Assembly (NCBI GenBank): GCA_013239625.1
Contig: MU053754.1
Coordinates: 1,469,966-1,533,965, forward strand
Direction of reading: 5' to 3'
Length of the DNA: 64,000 nucleotides
DNA from: Lama guanicoe
Lineage: Eukaryota
The first letter of the stretch is position 1, and every line of letters begins with the position of its first letter. This document shows, piece by piece, positions 1 through 12,920 of the stretch. The notes below the pieces were generated by a model. That model did no database searches, was not told where the DNA came from, and saw only the letters and a program-made list of their open reading frames with translations. A program made the position numbers and the translations under genes.

Positions 1-1491
1 CATTTTATTTATGTAGATATGTTTGTGTACATTGATATACATTTCATGTACTCAAAATGATTCCAAGCAATGAAAGTGAGCATATAAACTCAGACAATTA
101 CTTTGAGCAGGGACAAAGCTAAATGAACTTAAATTGATCTATTACTTTAAGATGATGATGGAGTGTTGTACTTAGTACAAAACAAGTTAACAAAAAGTAC
201 TTCAGAAAACTTAGTTGTGCAGAGATTCAGAGTGATTTACCAAACCTGCTTATTTAAACCCATCTAAATCCCACTTGAGAGGCTCTAGATCTATGAAAAA
301 GTACGGCTCAGGCAAGCTCCACTGGGGCCAGGATAGTGAGGACTCCCAGAGGACCAGGTTCTGTCTCTACCATCGGACAACAGCATCAAAAAGAGAAAGA
401 GGCCCACAGCCAGGCTGTGTCCATCTCACTGGTCACTTCAGGCTACCTGGATTCATTCCCTTGACAAGTTATATTTCCAGCAGGCTTGAAGAATTATCTT
501 GAATTTGAAATTAGGGAGGTAGGGACTGGAGACCTTTTCCAGTGCCTTCTGGGCATTACCACTCCATCTTGTTTCCCGCTGTGGTTGAGCTAGTTGCTGG
601 CCCATCTGGGGACACTCAGGTACCCACACGTTTGTTGATGCTGGTATTGATCATCCAGACGGACCAACCGTATCTCTCCCATGAACCTCCCACCACCACG
701 GGACACTCTGTCTAAAACTGCAACATCTCTCAGCCTGAACATGCACCACCCACTCCACTTTTCTCCTTGCCACCTTATTATCTAAGATGCTGTGGGTGGT
801 ACTTACTTATCATATAGATTTTTCTGACTCTCCTGATAGACTATAAGTTCCAAAAAGGCACGGATTTAGAACTGTTTGTTCACAGGCAAATTGCAAGTGC
901 AGAGAACCGTGTCTGACAAACAGCAAGTGATCAATAAATATTTGTTGATTACATGAATAATACCAGAATGCAATCTGATCGATGAAGACAAAAAAGGCAG
1001 GAGTGTAAGAGGAAAAGGGGAGAAAAATAAGCTTTGACAACGTTCAAATGGTTTGGCACCCAAGCCAATTTGTTTTCAGGGTGAAAAGGAGCCTCCACAT
1101 TCCTTCCAAACTTGTGGACCAGTCTTTAGTCATCTCCATGAGAATTTTCCAGAAGAAGCAGGCTTGGATGTAATCAGAGAATATGCCCAATGGCCCCAAT
1201 TAGCCTGAATTCCTGCCAGAATGAGAAACATTATGGTTTTGTTCATTTTCTTCTCTGTGTTTGAACTGGCATCAGTAGATGTAAATGTTGAAACTGATTT
1301 TATTCTAAATATACTCATATTTCCCAGGCTCTTGCCAATCTTTTTATAACCAGTTACTGACCAGCCTTCGCACACCGTGCTTACAGTGGTGTGTGTTTCT
1401 GTTCCACTTATTTCATGGACTAGCAGGACGAGCTGTTCTACCTACAAGTTGTGTATGTTTTTGTTCACTTACTTTACTGCGCGACCTAAGG

Positions 1492-1799
1492 CAGGGGTTG
1501 GCAAACTTTTTCTCTGCAGGGCAGACAGTAAATATCTGAGGTTCTGTGGGTCACACACCCTCTGCTGTAGCTCCAATGCAGCTGTGGACAATATGGAAAC
1601 AAGTGGGTGTGGCTGGGCACCAATAAAACTTTATTTTTATATAGGGCAGTTGAAATCTGATTTTTATCTAATTTTCACATTTCAGGAAATATTACGTTTT
1701 ACTTTTTTTAAAAAACTACTTAAATATGCTAAATGCATTCTTGGCCTATGGGCCATATAAAAACAGGCAGCCAGTAGGGGTATAGTTTGCCCACCCCTA
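1492..1799. mobile_element. hAT-Charlie MITE, MER58-like (long form)
   Basis: TIRs CAGGGGTTGGCAAACT / AGTTTGCCCACCCCTA; 8-bp TSD ACCTAAGG / GCCTAAGG. Confidence 0.9.
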
Positions 1800-3148
1800 G
1801 CCTAAGGTAAACTGATTTCGTGAAGTGATTCTTAACCTAGAAAAGGTCCTTTACAGATCCTTCTTTGAGTTTCTATCCCCAAATGCAGATTACCACAGGA
1901 AAGTTCTTTTCAAACCCAGAGATGGAAGCTGCCCATGGCACAGGAAGCTAGATTCTCACCAGGGGACCTGAAAGTCACACGTTCACTGCTCTCTGCTCTC
2001 TGGCGCTGCAGAGCCAGCACCTGTCCATAATCCCCACTTAAAAAGATTAGCAGACGACCCAAGAGATATTACGTAGAGTATCACCCCTCATCTCCTCCAG
2101 AAGTGTTCAGTGCTCCTTCCTCTGGGTTCCCATGGCCTTTGCTCATCTTTGCCAAGTCCTTTCTTACTAGATGAGCAGCTCCTTGAAGGCAGAGTGGATC
2201 TTAGCCTTATTCCCCCAGCCCCAGCATCCTTCTCAGTAACTAAAGTGCTCACTACCTGTGTGCTGAATGCCATTTTCTCGCCTTAATCAGACCTGACGGA
2301 GTATCACATGGTGCAGAGCTAGGGGGAGAGAGATGACATCTTTCTGAAGCCTGCTTCACTGAGAACAGACACAAAAGAATCTGACCATTTGAGAGGGTCT
2401 CTGGGACTCATGCCTGTGGACTGGGGCAAGAAATCCTTTTATAGATTACTGCCAACTTGGAGAATGGACTCACTGACTGGACAAAATGGGAAGCTGCCAG
2501 CAAGGATAAAAGGCACAGCGGTCTCCTAACAATGGCTCCATTTCCTCTTCTCTCCTCTCAGCATCTCCCTTTCTCAGGAGCTCGAGCGTCAGCTGTTAGC
2601 CATGGTGAGTCACCAGGTTTCAGTCACGATGGTCAAGCAGGCTAGCACTCATCCTGTCACCCATGCATAGAACCTGAGCTCACATCAAGGAAGGGGACTC
2701 TGACACTCAGCCTTGTCAAAGCAGCATGTGCTCCAAGAGGGAGAATCTTCAGCCAATCGAATGTAAGAGTGATTAGAAAAGAACTGCTCCTACGATGCCC
2801 CTCTCTTCACCTCTTCATCCTGCTAGAGGCACTCTCTCCTTCCACTTTGCCCCAAGTGGCTCACTGCAATGACCACAGCATGAAGTACTTGGGGTTTTCA
2901 CCAAACTGTTTTTGAACCGAAAAATCACACTGTACTCATTTGCCTCTGAAATGGATTAGAAGGAAAACCATTAAGTGAGGAGCTTCAAACCAATACTGGT
3001 CAATTGCTAGTCCTATATGTAGAATAACTGAGTTACTGGTGGAACCCCATAGGTCGGAGCTTATGAACTGCATATACAGTCAGAGCAGAGCTCCTGTGGT
3101 CTTCATTTTGAAAAGTATTGCCCGTCACTGCGTGCTCTTCTTCCCAAG

Positions 3149-4195
3149 GGTGGTAGGCAGAATTCTAAGGGGCCCCCAAGATTCCCACGGCCCTGCTGTA
3201 CAACCACTATATAATCTTCTTTTGATATCACCATGGGATATCATTCCCATGATTAGGTTATGCTATGCGATATGGCGAAGACAAAAGGGATGTGCAACGT
3301 GAGAAAGTCCCTAATCAGTTGACTCTGAGTTCACTAAAAAAGGAGATTAAAAAAATGAAACTATCAAGCCATGAAAAGACATGGAGAAAACTTACACACA
3401 CATTACTAGGTGAAAGAAACCCATCTGAAAAAGCTACAGACTATATGATTCCACCTATATGACATGCTGGAAAAGGCAAAATAATGGAGGAATTTAAAAG
3501 ATCAGTGGTTGCCAGGGGTTAGGGGAAGACAGACCACAGAGGATTTTTAGGGTGATGAAACTACTCTGCATGATACTTAATGGTGGATACATGTCAGTAT
3601 ACGTTTGTCAGGATCCACAGAATGCACAACGTAAGCGTGAACTCCAACAGATGCACCACTCTGATGTGGGATGTTGATGGTGGGGGAGGCTATGTATGTG
3701 TGAAGGCAGGAGATATTTGGGAAATCTCTGTACCTTCCCCTCTTTTTTGCTGTGTACCTAAAACTTCTCTAAAAAATAAAGTCTATTTGGAAAAAAAAAA
3801 AGAGAGATCACCACTGGTGGGCCTGACCTACTCAGGTGAGCCCTGTAAAGACAGTCCTAGTTTTCCTTGAAAGCAGAGACTTGGAGCTACAGCGATGCTC
3901 TTTTGCTGGCCTTGAGGAAACAAGATACCATGAGTACCACAGCTACAAGGAAACAAATTCTACCATTAACCTGAGGGAGCCCGAAAGAGGATCATTCCAT
4001 AGTCCAGTCTCCAGATGAGAACACAGCCCAGCCAACATCTTGAGTGGAAAGTGAGGCCGTGACAGACCCTGAGCAGAGAACCCAGCTCAGCCCTGCCTAG
4101 ACTTAGGACCCACAGAAACTACAAGAATAAATGGGTAGTGCTTTAAGCCACTCACTTTGTGGTAACTGATTATGCAGCACATACAACCAACACAA
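3149..4195 (+). mobile_element. ERVL-MaLR solo LTR (MLT1E/F-like), split by the L1 at 3349-3800
   Basis: Start GGTGGTAGGCAGAATTCTAAG; end with AATAAATGG...TTTAAGCCACT...TTATGCAGCA, typical of MLT1. Confidence 0.8.
3349..3800 (+). mobile_element. Old L1 3' end (L1M-type) inserted into an MLT1 LTR
   Basis: Typical L1M 3' UTR ending in AATAAA and an A-run; degenerate TSD AAAAGGAGATT / AAAGAGAGATC; paralogous to 34610-35135. Confidence 0.85.
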
Positions 4196-4479
4196 CAACT
4201 CTAGCAAATGCCCAGTGACAATAACAGTGATGATGATGATGATACGTATTTATCATAGTGTTTATCAAATATTCACGTGACATCTTGGATTTGCCACTGG
4301 CTCATGATCTCCACTTACTTGGTGGGGGATCAAAATAACAGAGAGTAAAAACCCTGCGTTGGAATTTTGGTGGTGTGAGTTTGAAAACCACTTTGCCCAC
4401 TCTCTTGCTGTGTCTCCTTTGGCAACCTTACCTCTGTAAACTCCGTAACAACAGAGATAATAAGAATATTTACTTGTAA

Positions 4480-4652
4480 CACTGGTTCTCAAACTTGGCT
4501 GCCCAGGATACTTGGCTGGGGAGCTTTACAGCTGCTGATGCCCATCCACTCCCCAGGGGTTCTGACGTACTAGTAAGGAGTGGGGCCTGGACACACGGAA
4601 TTCACAAGCTCCCCAGGGGATTCTGATAGGCAGCAAAGCTGGAGATCAGCTG
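4480..4652. mobile_element. MER5A-like MITE inserted in a MIR
   Basis: GGTTCTCAAACTTGGCTGC...ACAAGCTCCCCAGGGGATTCTGAT; MIR-like sequence on both sides. Confidence 0.7.
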
Positions 4653-4917
4653 TCTTGAGGAGATGCAGTGAGGAGTAAATTCGAGGGTGAGGACTTCCAA
4701 TGATAAGTGCTCAGGAAAAGTCACTTTAGTTATCCTTGTTTGAGGGAGGACAGAAGCTTAGGTGAGAGGACTGATTGGCCTCTCTAGCACCTAGCACCAA
4801 AAAACAGCTCATCCTTATCATACATTATTTAAAAGATCTCCAGACAATCACTCTAGGTCTCCATTCCTTAATTTTGTCCACCCTCACTCAGGTCCTCAGA
4901 AAAAAAAATCAGTGGAA

Positions 4918-5115
4918 CAAGGGTCAGTAAATTGGAGCCTATAGGCCAAATCCTAATACTGCCACCTTTTGTTTAAAAAAAATTGTAATAAAGTTGTACT
5001 GAAAGTTGCCCATTCATTTATTGCTTTTTAGCTACAACAGCAGAGCTGAGTAGTCAAGACAGAGCTGAAAATATTCAGTATCTGGCCTTTATAGGAATGT
5101 TTTGTTGAGCCCTGC
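4918..5115. mobile_element. MER58A-like MITE
   Basis: GGCCAAATCC...GTAATAAAGTTGTACTGAAA...TCTGGCCTTTATAGGAATGTTT core. Confidence 0.7.
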
Positions 5116-6649
5116 AATGAAAAAACAACATTGGCGTTGATGACCTAACTGGTCTCCATTTAGTCCCTGCTGGTTCTCCCAGAGAATTAAAGAGAGGATA
5201 CACTTGAACAGTTGAAACGATTAACTTCCCAAGAAAGCAGACTGAGGCCAAGGAGGTGTTGGACTGGCTCAGGTTGTAAGGCCCCTCAGGAACCAGGGCG
5301 GGGATGGAATCCAGATTTTCTACCTTCCATACAGTGCTGCCTGCAACCCACTGCATTAAATTTAAATAAAACAGCGATTCAAGGGAGAGTGTTGAAGGTA
5401 GGGGAAGTTGGGGGAGGTAATTTCCTTCTGTTTCCTGTTTGTTTTTGCAAAGCCACCAATAATTTCAATGGATTAGGCAAAACCAGTGCAGATTTTAAAA
5501 ATAAAAGACTCACTTGTGAGTTAGATCCTAATTCTCTGGAATAATGTAAACAACTTCCTTCTGCTGTTTTGACGTCTAACAGAGTAGTCCTCTAAGTGGG
5601 GCAGACGCCATGTTTCAAAGCTTCAAGGAACTGCTTCATTCTGTTCAACTCTAACTGAGTAGAAACTCAGTCTCCAACAAGGTATGTTGTAAATGGAAAA
5701 TTTTCTCTTTGTGTTATCAACCCCACTTCCAAGTGGCCTAAGCCTTCCCTGTGTGCCGATTAGTAAGTGCCTGTTGACTGGGACAGACATAGGAAACCAC
5801 CTTGGGGAGCTGTTTGTCCTTCTTTGAAGTCTCTTGGCTGCTGGTTATCACATTGCAGATATTTCCTGGGGTCAACAATTACTGAATTTCAAAAATATTT
5901 TTAAATCATTACTTTTTTGGCAGTTGCCCCCTGTATACATTTAATTTTTTCAAATATATTTCAATGAGCCATTTCTCTTCAATAAAGAAGACTTCAAACA
6001 TTCTGTTGCTCACCTGCAGCGGGAGAAGAATGAACTGGATGAGCTCTTAGTCCCCTTCCCTCTCAATGTCGGTGTGCAGACGCACTTCTACTGAAGACAT
6101 TCACCTAGATAAACAACAGCAAGCCTGTGCACTGCCCCAGGTAAGCATTAGAGGCGGTACAATCAAGGACTTACGCCACACATAAGATTTTGTGCCTATT
6201 CTATGAGCCCAATTGTCTGCCAAGGACCATATATCATACAATCATACAAATAAGACGGACAGCTGGCCCTCATTCACAGGGAGTAAACACTGAAAGATAA
6301 CAATGAAATGCACAAAAATAAGGATACAGAACATGGGGGAAAATTCTCAACCACTTAGATCTGCTTATTCTACTAGCCAGAAGTAGTCCATAAAAAAATA
6401 AAAAATAAATCAATCTAGTCCAAGAGAAAGAAAAACTGCATCTTCAAAGCTTCTAAAAATTGTTTTAGGTGTTGCAAGTACACACAGCATGATGATGTTT
6501 TATTTAGGACACCAGCCAATGGGCGTTTTTGGTTACTCAAGTGTGAGCCCAACCCTGGGAAGAGGAGGAGACAGGGGACTACTCTGTTCTGAACACTGAA
6601 GTAGCAATCATTCGGGGCTGGGCTAACAAGAGTCTAAATGTGTCCCATA

Positions 6650-7178
6650 ATGTGTTCATTTTTAATTGTGTGACAAATTACAACAAACATGTGACTTAAA
6701 ACAACAGGAACTTATCTTATTTTCCATGGGTCCATAGTGTGGACTCAGGTTGGACACATGCTACCTGAGTCCTCTGCTCTGGGTCTCACCATGCTGTGGT
6801 CTCATCTGAGGCTAAGGCTGTTGGTAAAATTCAGTTCCTTGCAGGGGCAGGACTAAGGCCCCACTTTCATATGGGCTGTCAGCTGGTGGCCACTTCCCAT
6901 AGTTCCCTTATACGTGGCCCTCTTAACAGGCCTCCTTCCAATCACTCTCTTCAGGGAGAGTCCAGTTACGTTTAAGTGATCTCCTGATTAGGTCAGGCCC
7001 ACCCTGGTACTCTCCCTTTAGATTGACTCAATGTCAATGGATCAGTCAGCAAATCACAGCAGTGATATCCCATCCTACTCACAGGTTCTGCTCACACTCA
7101 AGGGGAGGCGATCACATGGGAGGGTGCACACCAGGGAGCAGAACATTGTGAGCCATCTTAGAGACCTGCCTACCACAC
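6650..7178 (-). mobile_element. MLT1-type MaLR LTR
   Basis: ACAAATTACAACAAAC...CTTAAAACAACA start and GCCATCTTAGA...CTGCCTACCACA end (reverse of the MLT1 5' terminus). Confidence 0.8.
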
Positions 7179-8029
7179 GTACAGTAGGCCTAGGTGAGGG
7201 AAACACTAGAGCAAGAAACAGCTGCAGGCATGGGCCCATTCCTGGTCAGAGGAGAATAAAATGCCTGTTCTTATTTAACAAGAAACTGTGAATAAGGAGG
7301 ACTGAGGTGGTGTAAAAGGAGTGGGACCAACTTGTGGATAAACTTGAAGCCAGTCAGGATGTTGGGTGCACTCCAGTGAGCCTCAGGAATTCAACCACCA
7401 GCCCTGTGCTGGGAGCTGATAAGCTGAGCCTTCAGCATCACCTGGGAACTTACAGGAGACATAAATCCCCAGGAGTCCAGCCTACATCTATTGAACTAGA
7501 TGTCTCAAGAAACACAGTCAGACCTCAGAGAGGGCAGGCTTGAGCCTTCTCAGCAGCTGAACAGGGTATATGCATCTCACGCACAACATCAGGGTGTCTG
7601 TTACTATCAAGGAACTCTCAAGGAAGCCGCATACAAGCTCTGTTTCCCTGGCGTCAGCAAAGCCAATGAGAACGGAAGCTTTTGGTCCATCTGATGATTT
7701 TAAAAACAGAAGTTCAGCAACTCATCAAATGAATTGTGTAGAAATGTGTCCTGATGATGATCCCTAAGCACCATTCAACTGGAGAATCCCTGAGGCTGGG
7801 ACTGCTTTGACACACACAAGCCATGTGAACATCTCACAAGGCAGAAACCCACAGCAGAAGCAGTATAGTCTGGGGGTTAGGGGTCGAGGCACGGGCACCT
7901 CACAAGCCTGGAGTGGAACTCCAGCTCTCCCACCCATCAGCCTCTCCACGTCTCACTTCTTCTCATCTACACCAAGGGGCCAATGCCAGCACCATCCTTC
8001 TTTAGTGAGGGTCAAGTAATTCAGACACC

Positions 8030-8855
8030 ATTTGGCAATAAAAAAGACAACCCAATTGAACACGGGCAACGGATTCAAATACATATTTCTCCAGTGAAGA
8101 TATACAAACGCCCAACAAGCATGTTAAAAGATGTTCAACATCATTAGCTACCAGGAAAATACAAAGCAAAACCACAATGAGACAGCACTTCATCCCCAGT
8201 AGGGATGACTATAATCAAACTACAGGCAATAACAAGTGTTGGCGAGGATGTGGTGCAGCGGGAACCCTCCCACACAGGTGGTGGGAATGTACAATGAAAA
8301 CAGTTTGGTAGTTCCACTAAAGTTAAACAGAATTACCACGTGACCCAGGTATAAACTCAAGATTAAGTGGAAAATATATGTCCATGCAAAAATTTATGTA
8401 TGGCTATTCAGAGAAGCATTATTCATAACAGCCAAAACATGGAAACATCCCAAATGTCCACTAGTTGGTGAGTGAACAAACAAAATGAGGTCTATTCATA
8501 GAGCATAGTTCAGCTATAAAAAAGAATAAAGTACCGATTATTACTATGACATGGATGAACCCTGAAAACATTACACTAAGTGAAAGAAGCCAGTCACAAA
8601 AGACCACATGTTGTATGACTCCATTGAATGAAATGTCCAGAATATGCAAATCCACAGAGACAGAAGGTAAATTAGTGATCACCAGGAACTGGGAAAAGAG
8701 AGGAACGGGAGTGACTTATAATGGAAATATTCTGGAATTAGACTGCAGAATTGTTGCAAACCTTTATAAACATACTAAAAACCACTGAATTATACACTTT
8801 AAAAGAGCAAAGGTAATGGAATGTAAATTGTATCTCAATTTTTAAAAAATAGAAA
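8030..8855 (+). mobile_element. Old L1 3' region (L1M-type)
   Basis: Degenerate ORF2 C-terminus (TTCTCCAGTGAAGATATACAA, AAACCACAATGAGA) followed by 3' UTR. Confidence 0.88.
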
Positions 8856-8934
8856 AATCCCCGAAGATAGACTTTGTCAGTGTCCCTAGCAGATAGACAA
8901 TGAATAAAAGCTGTCTTAACATAATAATGAGACT

Positions 8935-9585
8935 GGTACGATTGTAAAATGATGCAGCCACTATGAAAAACAGTATGGTAGCTCCTCAAAAAGTTAAATA
9001 CAGAATTATCAAATGATCTAGCAATTTCACTTCTGAGTATATAGCCGAAGGAATTGAAATCAGGGTCTTAAACAGGTATCTGTAAACTCATATTTATAGC
9101 AGCATTATTCACAACAGCTAAAGATGGAAACAACCCGAGTGTCCATCAATGGATGAATGGATAAGCAGAATGTGGTCTATACATACAACGGAAAATGGTT
9201 CAGCCTTAAAAAGGAAGGAAATTCTGACACAGACTACAATATGGTTGAACCTTGAGGACGTTATGCTAGATGAAACAAGCCAGTCACAAAGAACAAATAC
9301 TGTATGATTCCACTTACTGCAATACCCATAAGAGTCAAACCCATAGAGACAGAAAATTAAAACAGTGGGTGCCAGAGGCTGTGGGAGGAGGAACAGGGAG
9401 TTATCATTTAGAGGGTACAGAGCTTCCACTTGGGAGGATGAAAAAGTTCTGGAAATGGATGGTGATAACGGTTGGACAGCAATATGAATGCACTTAACAC
9501 CACAGAACTGTACACTTAAAAATAGCTATAACTTCAAATTTTATGTTATGCATATTTTATCTCAGTTTTTTAAAGTTAAAAATAG
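8935..9585 (+). mobile_element. Second old L1 3' region (L1M-type)
   Basis: GATGCAGCCACTATGAAAAACAG...TGTCCATCAATGGATGAATGGATAA...GTACACTTAAAA motifs. Confidence 0.88.
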
Positions 9586-9705
9586 AGATAAACAAATGAA
9601 GTATTATGGATGGAGGCTATAAAACAATGTCTCTTTGTAAATTACTCAATAATCAAGTAATAATAAAATGACTATTACGATTGCCTTTTTAAAAAACAAC
9701 AAGCA

Positions 9706-9845
9706 GGGGGAGGGTACAGCTCAGTAGTAGATTGCGTGCTTAGCATGCATGAGGTCCTAGGTTCAATTCCCAATACCTCCATTAAATAAATAGATAAATA
9801 CATAACCCTAATTACCTTCCCTCTAAAACAAAAAAAAAATAAAAT
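9706..9845 (+). mobile_element. tRNA-Ala-derived SINE (camelid vic-1-like)
   Basis: GGGGAGGGTACAGCTCAGTAGTAG A-box, GGTTCAATTCC B-box, A-rich linker, CCTAATTACCT tail motif. Confidence 0.9.
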
Positions 9846-11959
9846 AATGAGAAATGATAAATCCCAAGACTGCAGCAGGTCAAGGACCATAGCACATTCA
9901 CACGAGCATCGCTGAGTGCCTCCAGGGCTGGGTAAGGTGGGAGAGTGGGGGAGACGATTGAGGGAGCCTTTGCAGGACTCACGGATGATCTCTGCTTTCT
10001 GGGGAGCAAATCACCCACCCCCACAGCTCTGAAATATTCACACTCCAGCTTTTTCCAAAGCAGCCATCTGAGCTGTGTTCCCTGAAGAGATGACGCAGGT
10101 ATCTTTGGAGCCAAGTGAATCAAGCTAAATCCAGAGCAATCATCAGAGAGGGGCTGCTTTTCACAGAACAAGTGGCCACCTGTATCCCAGGGACCACATT
10201 TTGAAAGGCTAGGAAGAGCTATCCAGTGAGGGGTTAATGAAGTCTTTGGAAAGATAACTATACATTGTCAAGATGCTAAGTCTTTGCATGATAACTACTT
10301 GTCTGGAACGAGTAGTGATTTTTCTCTACAGAAATGTTTATCTAGTCGGCCTGCTAATAGTTTTTATTCATCAAAGAATTTCAAAAAATGCTATGCACGC
10401 AGAAAAAAAAATCATAATAATCATTCAAAGTATTCATGAAAATCCTAAAATTCCCCAAAGAAAATATAATTATATGAGAGTTCTGCTCCAGTTAGTTTTA
10501 TTTCATCAGATGTATAATATCTCTCTAGTATGATTTAATATCTCATCTTATACCCAAGAGAAATTTGGGGGGGGGAAAGCCTCTTATGATACATGCCTGC
10601 TGTTTATTATTAGAATTTATCATAAAACTTGTGGTATTTGCTCTCTTAGCTTCACAAAATGAGTGAAAAGACCAATAAAAATTGAATGTCTCTAGCAGAC
10701 AATATATACACAATGAAAAAATTACTTTTTAAATTGTTTTACCTAGTTCACACCCAAAATATAATGTTTCAACAAATTTTTTCACTGATTAAATAAAATT
10801 TCTGCATCATCAGTCCAATTTTTAAAAACATGACTTGACTTCTAGTTAAACCTTGCAGGTTTAACCCTGCAATAATCTCTGGCCCCTCCCAAAGCTTAGC
10901 CAAATGAGAATAAAGGAATAACAAGATAGTCACAAGGATTTCAAGAATAGAAAAGTGCAGACAAGAGACTCCAACAGAAAGTGCTGAAGCTGGAGAGCAG
11001 ATGTGAGCAGTTAGCAGAGTTGAGTCCCATGAATGCCCAAGACCTAGAAGAGCAGGGGATGGGAACGAGCAAGCTCGTGCCTACAGTACAACCTCAGAAA
11101 GAGTCAGAGGGGACAGGTGCCAGATATCAGGAGGCAGGTGTGGGGCTGAACACCAGGGATGAGTTGTAGGTCAATCTAGAGAGACAGGCCCACAGTTCAC
11201 CTCAAAGTCAACATGTTGAAAACAGCAAGCTACTTTCTCAAAAGCAGCTGCTTCCCAAACAGCTTGACAACTACATCTCTATCCTTCTGATAACCAACAT
11301 TCACAAATCTATACTGATGTATACTCCCCTTCATCTGCCAAACCTACAAAGAGCCAGAGTTCTGCTGACCTTCTTCCATGAAAAGGTTTCCCTCAATGGT
11401 GCTTGCTTCCTGGTATTTATTTATACCCTAGTGTAGCCCCTTCCCACACTGAATGAGGGCTTACTTGACTGATCAATTCAACACTACAGAAGTGCTCCAA
11501 GACCAGGTCAACTTTCACCTGGACCTCTTGAATTGCTTTTTCTAGGGGTAGGCAGCCACCCTGTCATGAGGACACTCAACCATCCACAAGAGAGCCTACC
11601 GAGAAAGGAACCAACTTGCCAGCACCAAGTTACGAGAAATCCATCTTGGAAGTGGATTTTTCAGCACCAGTCAAGCTTTCAGGTGACAATAGCCCCAGGT
11701 GACATCTATTCTGCTCTCCCTCTGTTTCCACTATGACTCCCAATATTGTACTAGACCAGCATCAACTATTAGTTAGCTCAGGTTTTGTTCTTTTTTTTTA
11801 ACTTTTTATCTTGACATAATTATATAACCACAGGAATTTGTAAAATAGTTCATAACGTCCTGTGTACATTTTAGTCACCTGATGGTGATATCTTATATAA
11901 CTATAGTAAAATATTAAAACTAGGACATGAATAAAGCAAAAGGGAAAATTATCCCTTTT

Positions 11960-12150
11960 CACCTGAACTTTACTTAATAGCTATGCAACCCTTGGCAAGT
12001 CACCTATTATCTTAGAAGCTCAGTTTCCTCATCTATAAAATGGGGATGATAGCTCCTACTCCAAAGGTTTGTGGGAGAATTGAGATTATATCCTTAAAAC
12101 ATTTAGAACAATATCAGGTTTTGCACAGAGAAGTCAATTAATGGCAGCTG
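11960..12150 (+). mobile_element. MIR SINE
   Basis: Core CTTGGCAAGTCAC...CTCAGTTTCCTCATCTATAAAATGGGGATGATA. Confidence 0.85.
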
Positions 12151-12179
12151 CTGTGACTGTTCTGTAGGTTTCACAATGA

Positions 12180-12920
12180 AAAACAAATAGGGAGTTCTCA
12201 ACTCATATACACTGGTTGTCAGTTTCTCTCTGGGATCAGTAGAAATAACACTGTATTTTTCTTTTAAAGTTCCACAAGACTTGACACCACCAAGGCTTCA
12301 AGGATAAAGAAAACATACTTCAGACACTCAGGAAGAAAAGGCAAATCACCTACAAAATAGGGGGAAAAATTATACTCTCTACAGTAACACTGAAAGCAGT
12401 CAACAATGGAGCAATGACAACAACATCTTGAAGGAAGAATGTGAAACCCACAAAATCCAGTCAAGATGTCACTCAAGCAAAGAGGCAACACAGAGACATT
12501 CTCCAGCACAAAAGAGCTCGGAGAACATAGACACCATGAGCCCTCTTGATAAAGCTGCTTGAAGATGAAATCCAGACAAATAAGAGACAACACTAAAACC
12601 TCACAAATGGAGAATTTGGGGCCAAACAATGAGCAAAGCAGAGGATTCATTTAAATAGAACTAATATTAAGCAACTGTGAGAAGTATCATTATAGAGTAT
12701 AATGTGAATGTTATATAAACTATCACAGCATGAAAATAACATAATAAGAAAATCAGAAGAGAAAATGGAGAGAAGTGTGAAATGGCTAATGTCCTCAAAT
12801 TTCATAGCAGGGAGTCAATGAATATTATCTAAAACTGGAAACTGTAATTCAAACATATATAATGTCCTCAACTTCTAAATGTTATTCATAATCTACTTTC
12901 TTAGTTCAGTCCTTCAGGAG
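12180..12920 (+). mobile_element. Highly degraded L1-like (ORF1/HAL1-type) fragment
   Basis: A-rich strand with weak resemblance to the ORF1 C-terminal region. Confidence 0.45.
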
